Origin: PVC group bacterium
Lineage (GTDB): Bacteria; Auribacterota; Erginobacteria; Erginobacterales; Erginobacteraceae
DNA length: 12,933 nt
Assembly (NCBI GenBank): GCA_043804695.1
Contig: JAZDIV010000098.1
Span: 1-12,933 of the forward strand
Direction: 5' to 3'
A program made the translations under genes and the position numbers. Position 1 is the first letter of the stretch; each line of letters opens with the position of its first letter. The notes beneath the pieces were generated by a model that worked only from the letters and a program-made list of their open reading frames with translations, made no database searches and was not told the DNA's origin. Shown here one piece after another: positions 7,491 to 12,933 of this stretch.

Positions 7491-7617
7491 ACAATTTAAA
7501 CTTAATTTTTCACGAGAATGGCGATCGGGCAAGTGTAACAGGGGATCGAGTTTTTAGGCAAATATTTTTCCGAGATAATTAACTTCCCCCGGGACGATCT
7601 CCGGACAGTTTATTATA

Positions 7618-7645
7618 GTGACAACACCCGGGCGGAAGCTATAAT
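7618..7645 (+). promoter_or_regulatory. Candidate sigma70 promoter for the zinc-ribbon gene
   Basis: GTGACA (7618-7623)-N16-TATAAT (7640-7645). A mirror TATAAT lies on the - strand at 7617-7612. Confidence 0.55.
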
Positions 7646-7829
7646 TTATTCATAAATCGGGTTAGTTTTTAAACAATGACGAAGGTCAAAAAACGGCAAC
7701 ACGAAAACATGTCCATTGAATCAAACTCCCCGGCAAGGAATTTCAGACATCGGTCCATTCCTGCGGGCGCTGTTATCAAGAGAGAAATAACACGGTGCCC
7801 CTCCGGGTTGAGCCGAATAAGGAGATGCC

Positions 7830-8021
7830 ATGAACTTTTATTATTGCTTTGCCTGTAAAAAGATGTTCCGGAGCGAGAGCAACAACTGTTTGCGTTGCGG
7901 ACGGGGCGCGGCCGAGGCGGAGAGAAAGCTCCTCAAGTCCACCCCGGCGGTGGACATTTACCATATCTACGTCAACAACGTCCTGGTCGGAAATCAGCGG
8001 GTGGAGAAGAAAGTGGGATAA
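7830..8021 (+). CDS. Small zinc-ribbon protein (CxxC-x10-CxxC)
   Basis: 63 aa, YCFACKK...CLRCG, with strong SD TAAGGAG 5 nt upstream of the ATG. Confidence 0.8.
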   Translation: MNFYYCFACKKMFRSESNNCLRCGRGAAEAERKLLKSTPAVDIYHIYVNNVLVGNQRVEKKVG

Positions 8022-8022
8022 A

Positions 8023-8105
8023 GAATGACGAAATCCGAATGAGGAATGACGAAAGAATGCCTAAATCCACATGACTAAAGTTTGGGAATTGGAAGTCGGT
8101 CATTC
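8023..8105. repeat. Degenerate heptamer array (GAATGAC/GAAATCC) with partial inverted arm
   Basis: GAATGAC GAAATCC GAATGAG GAATGAC GAAA GAATGCC TAAATCC ACATGAC (8023-8075); complementary GTCATTC at 8099-8105; lies between convergent genes. Confidence 0.75.
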
Positions 8106-8124
8106 AAAATGGGGAATTCATTTT

Positions 8125-8433
8125 TCAGGTTTCGGTCACTCTGATCGTGCCGTTCACCATGCGAGCTTTCCGACGCATGATCTTGCCCAGTTTGTCCCAG
8201 AAGGCTTTTTCAAGATCGAAGTCCAGAGCGACGGCGTTGCCGATCAGCAGGATCAGAAGGTCGGCGTGCTCCTCGATCAGATCGCGCCGCGGCCTTCCCT
8301 TGGTCAGGCACTGGCTGATCTCTCCCACCTCTTCCATGATCAGGTTCATGCGGTGGAGCATGTCCTCGCCGCCATGCTCCTTCAGAGCGTATTTACGGTG
8401 AAACTCCCGAACTGCTTCGATCATAGCTTTCAT
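8125..8433 (-). CDS. MazG-like nucleoside-triphosphate pyrophosphohydrolase (single domain)
   Basis: All-alpha NTP-PPase metal motif ExxE...ExxD: LIMEEVGEI...DLIEEHADLL; 102 aa. Confidence 0.88.
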   Translation of the reverse strand: MKAMIEAVREFHRKYALKEHGGEDMLHRMNLIMEEVGEISQCLTKGRPRRDLIEEHADLLILLIGNAVALDFDLEKAFWDKLGKIMRRKARMVNGTIRVTET

Positions 8434-8654
8434 TTTTCGAAGACGTAATCCACGATGTTGTCAATGTGGGAATAATAACCCGGAAGTTCGCTCCCTTCAT
8501 ACTCCCATTCGACGTCCTGCTTGATCCGCTTCTTCACCTCGGGACAGCTGTAATTGAGGTCCCGCAGCAGGGCGGCCCGGTCCTTGACGGCATACATATG
8601 CATCTTCTCAAAGTCGCTCTCGTACACGTATTTTTTGCCCGGATGTTTAACCAC
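8430..8654 (-). CDS. Hypothetical protein, translationally coupled to the MazG-like gene
   Basis: 74 aa; SD AAGGAGG before the GTG; ATGA overlap with the MazG-like ORF. Confidence 0.8.
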   Translation of the reverse strand: MVKHPGKKYVYESDFEKMHMYAVKDRAALLRDLNYSCPEVKKRIKQDVEWEYEGSELPGYYSHIDNIVDYVFEK

Positions 8655-8668
8655 TCTAAACCTCCTTC

Positions 8669-8734
8669 TATAAATTTGCTCGCTGCGCTCGTAAATTTAT
8701 AATGGACCCCCGACGCAGACGTCGGGGGTCTATA
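8669..8734 (-). repeat. Two-hairpin cassette (B then A in the sense of the downstream gene)
   Basis: A: TATAAATTTGC-TCGCTGCGCTC-GTAAATTTATA (8669-8701); B: GACCCCCGACG-CAGA-CGTCGGGGGTC (8705-8730). Confidence 0.9.
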
Positions 8735-8746
8735 GCTTGAACAAAA

Positions 8747-8770
8747 ATAGTATCATTGAGGCAATACTAT
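8747..8770 (-). promoter_or_regulatory. Inverted repeat ATAGTAT-N10-ATACTAT overlapping a candidate extended -10 (TGATACTAT) for the hypothetical/MazG operon
   Basis: 7-bp inverted repeat; the minus strand reads TGnTACTAT at 8755-8747. Confidence 0.45.
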
Positions 8771-9005
8771 AAAAAGGTCAGATAACCTCAACCAACATGT
8801 GCCTCCTGGAATAGTGCTTTTCGTCGGTTTGAGACATGCCACTCTTATTTTTTCGCAGAAAAATTTTAATTATTCCGAAGCAGGTGAAAAATCCCCGCCT
8901 GAAACCACACTATATCGCCGTGACTCCCGTCGAGCAACTTATTTATCATCAAAGGGAATCGGTCCGGCAAGGAGCGTTTTTTCCTTAAAGTCGATGCCCG
9001 GCGAT

Positions 9006-9067
9006 TTGACATTATTCCCCGGATGCGGTATATCTTATATTGACATCGGAGAAAATTAGATTAGCCT
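9006..9067 (+). promoter_or_regulatory. Tandem candidate sigma70 promoters
   Basis: Perfect TTGACA at 9006-9011 and 9040-9045. The second has TAGCCT at N16 (9062-9067); the first has TATATC at N17 or TATCTT at N19. Confidence 0.5.
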
Positions 9068-9117
9068 GTTCCTTAGTATTTTTCCGTTAAATGCGCAGCG
9101 CAGCGAGCTGACGTATA

Positions 9118-9375
9118 ATGGTTGACCGCAATATAAAATCACTTCTTCTCGGCCTGGGCCTGGACTGCGAGGACGGCCACTGCCGGATCACCCGGGGAAA
9201 TAATTTCCGCCTCTATGGGGGTTCCCAGGACACCCATTCTTTGATGCAGGAGAAGGCGATCAAGTTCAACGAGCAATTGAAGCTGAAGAGAAAAACCCTC
9301 AATGAGATCTCCCGGGTGGAATTCAGGGAGATTGCCCAGAAGATCGGCCTCCATCTGCCCCCCGAGAATAATTAA
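9118..9375 (+). CDS. Conserved hypothetical protein
   Basis: 85 aa; LLGLGLD..DGH.RITRG.NF.L.GGS..TH..MQE.AIKFNE.L is a motif I recall from uncharacterised PVC-superphylum proteins. Confidence 0.82.
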   Translation: MVDRNIKSLLLGLGLDCEDGHCRITRGNNFRLYGGSQDTHSLMQEKAIKFNEQLKLKRKTLNEISRVEFREIAQKIGLHLPPENN

Positions 9376-9383
9376 ACATAAAC

Positions 9384-9477
9384 ATAAATTAGCGCCTTCG
9401 GCGCTACTTTATACTGACCCCCGACTGATTTAGTCGGGGGTCTAGTATAAATTAGCAGCGAAGCGAGCTAATTTATA
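9384..9477 (+). repeat. Three-hairpin cassette C-B-A joined by TATA
   Basis: C: ATAAATTAGCGCC-TTC-GGCGCTACTTTAT (9384-9412); B: GACCCCCGACT-GATTT-AGTCGGGGGTC (9416-9442); A: TATAAATTAGC-AGCGAAGCGA-GCTAATTTATA (9446-9477). Confidence 0.92.
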
Positions 9478-9478
9478 G

Positions 9479-9970
9479 ATGAAACTCCATCACCATACGG
9501 TTCTATCTCTGGTCAGTTCGGGCGCGGTATATGTTCTCTCCCGCTCCCGCACCGCCGCCCTGGCCTGTTTCCTCTCGGGGATCTTTATCGACCTCGACCA
9601 CCTCTTTGAATATTATTACTATTTCGGCCGGCGGCGGTTGTCTGTCAGAGAGTTCTTCCGGGCCGCCGACGAGCACATTTATAACAAGTTTTTCCTCTTC
9701 CTGCATTCGTACGAACTGGCGGCCGTTCTCTGGATCCTCAGCCTGGCCGTTCTCCGCCGGCCCTGGGCCTGGGGCTTCTCCCTCGGGTTCGCGCTCCACA
9801 TCATCGCCGATCACCTCTACAACCCCTGCGCTCCCGGCACCTACCTGCTGTTCTTCCGCATCCGGCACCGCTTCGACGGCGGCCGCCTCTTCCCGCGGGA
9901 AATCCGGGAGAGATACCGGGCGCGCCGTCACCCCCGGAACGGGGGAGCCCCGCCGCCCCCTGCAGGATGA
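9479..9970 (+). CDS. Membrane-bound metal-dependent hydrolase-like protein (YdjM-like)
   Basis: N-terminal His (HHH), IDLDH, LHSYE and LHIIADH motifs separated by hydrophobic segments. Confidence 0.78.
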   Translation: MKLHHHTVLSLVSSGAVYVLSRSRTAALACFLSGIFIDLDHLFEYYYYFGRRRLSVREFFRAADEHIYNKFFLFLHSYELAAVLWILSLAVLRRPWAWGFSLGFALHIIADHLYNPCAPGTYLLFFRIRHRFDGGRLFPREIRERYRARRHPRNGGAPPPPAG

Positions 9971-10036
9971 TTCCGGCCCCGCTTCTCCACCGCCGGATCG
10001 CGGAGCGCTCCGGGAGGATTGTTCCGCCCCGCTTCC

Positions 10037-11020
10037 CTACATCAGCCGGATCTTTTTAAACCAGATCAGAAGACCGACGGCGGCGGCAAGCATGAAAGCC
10101 ACCAGGATCCAGAACCCGGTCAGGCTCTCCCGGAGGGCGAAGGGGAAGAGAACGTTCATCCCCCCGATGCCGGAGATGAGAGTCATCGGCATCATGATGG
10201 TGGCGATGACCGTGAGGACCTTCATGACATCGTTCAGTTTGAAGGAGATGGTCGAGTGGTAGGCTTCCAGCAGGGACTGCCCCATCTCCCGGAGATTTTC
10301 CACCATGGAGGTTATCCTCACCATGTGGTCGTAAATGTCCTTGAAATACATAATCTGCTCCCCCCGGACGTAAGAGAACTTGCCGTGGCAGAACTGATAA
10401 ATCAGCTCCGACTGGGGAAGAAGCACTTTTCTCATGGTCATGATGTTCCGCTTCATTTCCAAAATCCCGGTCAGCATTTCGGGCCGGATGCTGGCAATGA
10501 TGGCGTCCTCGAGAGAGTCCATCCGGTCGGTGACCTTGTTGATGATGGCGATGTAATTATCCGCCATGGTGTCCAGGATGTGATAGAGGAGTCTCCCCGA
10601 TCCCTCGGCCATGATCTTGCAGGATTTCCGGCAGAGGTCCCGGTTGACCGTCGCGGCCTTGATGTGGCCGTTGTGAACGGTGACCAGGAAGTTTTTTCCC
10701 ACGAAAAAGTCGATCTCCCGGATGCTGAGCGCCTCTTCCTCCTCCTTTTCGCGGTAGTAATAGACCGAATGCAGGACCAGGAAGATGTAATCATCCATCT
10801 CGTCGCACTTGGGAATGTACTGCGGGTTGATGCAGTCCCGGATCAGGAGGGGGTGAAAGCGGAATTGATCCCGCAGGATATCGTAGTCCTCCAGGGCGGG
10901 ATCTTCCATGTCCAGCCAGAGGAGTTTATCCGGATCCTCCAGGACGGACTGGATCTCCTCCCGGTCGACGTCTTCGCGTATTTGATCGGTTTTCTGGTCA
11001 TACAGAAAGATGGTGATCAT
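10037..11020 (-). CDS. corA: Magnesium/cobalt transporter CorA
   Basis: LLWLDM, FRFHPLLIRD, LLYHILDTMADNY, YFKDIYDH, LNDVMKVLTVIATI..P.T.ISGIGGMN plus a final TM. GGAGG at 11035-11031 supports ATG 11020 over the TTG at 11038. Confidence 0.95.
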   Translation of the reverse strand: MITIFLYDQKTDQIREDVDREEIQSVLEDPDKLLWLDMEDPALEDYDILRDQFRFHPLLIRDCINPQYIPKCDEMDDYIFLVLHSVYYYREKEEEEALSIREIDFFVGKNFLVTVHNGHIKAATVNRDLCRKSCKIMAEGSGRLLYHILDTMADNYIAIINKVTDRMDSLEDAIIASIRPEMLTGILEMKRNIMTMRKVLLPQSELIYQFCHGKFSYVRGEQIMYFKDIYDHMVRITSMVENLREMGQSLLEAYHSTISFKLNDVMKVLTVIATIMMPMTLISGIGGMNVLFPFALRESLTGFWILVAFMLAAAVGLLIWFKKIRLM

Positions 11021-11058
11021 TTTTTGCCGACCTCCCAACCACCTTCATTTTATGGTTT

Positions 11059-12276
11059 TTAATTTCTGCTCTTTAACACGGCTAAAGCTTTGGAGATTTC
11101 TTCACCCTGGCTCTTAATAACTGAAATTAGTTCGGCTGGGGTTCTGGTATCTTCCATAACTTTCTTGTTTGGATTGACGGCTTTGATGTCGTAATTCCTG
11201 GCTTTAATGTCATCTATCGTCACACTCCAGGAATGTTCGCTCTCCACTTTTTGTGGAAGCAATTTAAAGAACTCTTCGAAGTGTTGGAGAAAGAGAACCT
11301 GGGTGGAACTGGTTTTATAGGCAAAACGGGTCTGAGCGTCTTTCCCCTCTTTCCCGCCGAAGGGTGGATTGGTGAGGACCACTTTAAAGAGCGCGGGGGC
11401 GGTCTGAAAAAGACCGCCATAGATCTCGAGACCGGTTAGTGTGTTTCCATGCCAGATATGGGGCTCGTCAATTTCATGGAGGACGAGGTTAGCCAGAGTA
11501 ATCGGATAGACGATGTTGGCTTTCTCCCTGCCATAAAAGGTCCTGATCTTTAATGTTTCAAAGTCATCCCCGGACCGGGCTTTTTCCCGCATATGGAGAT
11601 AGGCCTGAGCAAGAAAACCACCGGTTCCACAGCAAGGATCATAGACCGTATCTCCAATCTCCGGATCGATCACCTTCACCAATATCCGGATTATTTCTCT
11701 CGGTGTAAAGAATTGGCCGCCATCGCTGTTCTTCTCTCCCATCTTTAAAAGCAGACCTTCATATATCTGAGAGAGAGCAAACATATGAGTATCGTCCACT
11801 TGAACTGAAGAGAGTTCATGGATTTTATCGAGAATATCGAGGAGGTTCCGTTCGGTATCAACTCCTGTCCTTTCAATATATGAAAAGACTTCGCTGATAA
11901 CCTTCTGTCGCGATGTCGCGCCTGGTTTGGTTTTTAATTCTCGGAAGGTGGGGAGAAGGTCGCCGTCAACAAAACTTATGAATCCGCCGAGTGTTCCTTC
12001 TTGGAGTTCCTTGCGTTTTTTCCCTTCGGGGGCAGCCCAATCGCGCCAGCGATAGGGATATTCCAATGAGTGCGTAAACGCTACACCCAATGCCTTTGCC
12101 TGTTCCTGTTCCGTCTCTTCCCTTTCATCGAGAATCCGGAGAAAAAGCATCCAGATAAGTTCCGGAACGTATTGCAGGGCACCCGGCCTCCCCGATCGCC
12201 GCATAATATCGCAGATGGATTTGATATAGGAATTGAGAGACTGCGGGCTGGTGAGTTTCGAAAGGCTCTTAACCAT
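11059..12276 (-). pseudogene. hsdM: Type I restriction-modification methyltransferase subunit with an in-frame internal deletion
   Basis: HsdM N domain, GQFFTPR, motif I YDPCCGTGGFL, motif IV NPPF. After QVLFLQH it jumps straight to the C-terminal FEEFF...SWSV...NYDIKAVNP, lacking the GGRxxxV and LPxxxF...TxxLxFxK segments. No adjacent hsdS or hsdR. Confidence 0.8.
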
Positions 12277-12409
12277 TATATGTTTCCTCGGGAAACATTG
12301 ATCTTATGAATGCTTCCGCTTCTTTGAGGTTCCTTTTTACCCGCCTCCAATCTTTGCGAGCTATCTTCTTCCAATCTTCTGAGGCAAATGACTCGGCAGA
12401 TTTATTCAT
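12269..12409 (-). pseudogene. HEPN-domain gene remnant (46 aa, not in the ORF track)
   Basis: Hand translation MNKSAESFASEDWKKIARKDWRRVKRNLKEAEAFIRSMFPEETYNG*. ATGA overlap with the MNT gene and 8-nt overlap with hsdM. It has the HEPN-type N-terminal W-x3-A-x2-D helix and a C-terminal helix, but no central QQxxEK...HxL core. Confidence 0.7.
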
Positions 12410-12726
12410 AAGGCAACCCCCTTTTTCACTATTTCCTGTATAAATTGATCTCCCATTCGAAGTCTCGTCTCCAATTCATCAGGAGTCAAAATAATCGGCG
12501 AGACAGGTAAACCGTTTCGCAGATCACGAATAAGCCGTCTAACAGTGGCCATCCTTTCAAAGAAACGCTCTTTTGCCGGAGCGGAAACCAGAATATCAAT
12601 ATCGCTATCTCGGGTAGCCTCTCCCTGAGCATATGAGCCGAAGAGAATCACTTTCTCGGCGTGATAATCTTTCTTCAGCCGTTCTGCTATTTTTTTTAAA
12701 CACCTGCGAATTTCCTTATCGTTCAT
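12406..12726 (-). CDS. Minimal nucleotidyltransferase (MNT antitoxin of the MNT-HEPN type)
   Basis: 106 aa; VILFGSYAQG...SDIDILV Pol-beta-superfamily motif; C-terminal FIQEIVKKG; SD GGGAG upstream. Confidence 0.92.
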   Translation of the reverse strand: MNDKEIRRCLKKIAERLKKDYHAEKVILFGSYAQGEATRDSDIDILVSAPAKERFFERMATVRRLIRDLRNGLPVSPIILTPDELETRLRMGDQFIQEIVKKGVAL

Positions 12727-12804
12727 AGCTTATCTCCCTAAACTTCTATGTCTTACAGTGTAAAAGTGAAGACTGTCCCTCAGATTTATTTTAGTTATTA
12801 GTCA

Positions 12805-12933
12805 GTCCATAATTGTATGGACATGTCATTGCGAGGAGCGAGATCCTTCGCTATCGCTCGGGACAGGCTACGCAATCTCAACTCTATGCACAGCAAGAGA
12901 TTGCTTCCCGCCACGCTTTGCTCGCGGCTTCGG
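12805..12933. repeat. Nested palindromic repeat element (GTCATTGCGAG...GCAATCTC...GAGATTGC type), truncated by the window end
   Basis: GTCCATA/TATGGAC stem (12805-12822); GTCATTGCGAGG (12825); GCAATCTC (12872-12879) / GAGATTGC (12897-12904); CCCGCCACGC (12907-12916) identical to the copies in 7223-7262. Confidence 0.8.

Noticed and set aside
7773..7800. TTATCAAGAGAG...GGTGCC resembling a SAM-I riboswitch
   Set aside because: The P2 kink-turn/pseudoknot (GAGGGA..GGCCC) and GCAACC elements are absent and the spacing is far too short.
7676..7964. ORFs 7676-7858 (+) and 7776-7964 (-)
   Set aside because: They overlap the better-supported zinc-ribbon gene and its leader; no RBS or motifs.
7392..8883. 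12-mer ATTCCGAAGCAG shared at 7392 and 8872 (also CCGGCAAGGA at 7730 and 8964)
   Set aside because: Short, no extended similarity or consistent context; cannot be distinguished from chance here.
8778..9059. ORF 8799-9059 (+) and a 19-aa minus-strand ORF 8837-8778 (MSQTDEKHYSRRHMLVEVI)
   Set aside because: AT-rich divergent promoter region; no homology cues and insufficient support for either.
10019..11062. 347-aa ORF antisense to corA
   Set aside because: Mirror frame of a conserved gene; no independent features.

Overview
GC-rich bacterial chromosomal window, with no rRNA, tRNA, CRISPR or transposase visible. The style of the C-terminal FG-GAP-like repeats and the 85-aa conserved protein suggest a PVC-related candidate phylum; this is recollection, not a search result. 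Left to right: a 5'-truncated multidomain S8 subtilase (prodomain + catalytic domain apparently inserted inside an Ig-like domain, Pro/Thr linker, FG-GAP-like repeats), nth, a small hypothetical, mgtE, a DUF6884-like protein, era, a stand-alone protein with two RNA polymerase alpha-CTD-like domains, a small zinc-ribbon protein behind a structured leader, a hypothetical + MazG-like pair, two more small/membrane proteins and corA. It ends in a lower-GC defence remnant (MNT antitoxin - HEPN remnant - hsdM) in which both HEPN and HsdM appear to carry in-frame internal deletions. The intergenic DNA is unusually rich in modular, nested palindromes. Most notable is a GCG(C/A)AGCGAGC mini-hairpin motif found four times, always in sense orientation 9-23 nt upstream of a start codon, twice as part of the same ordered hairpin cassette.
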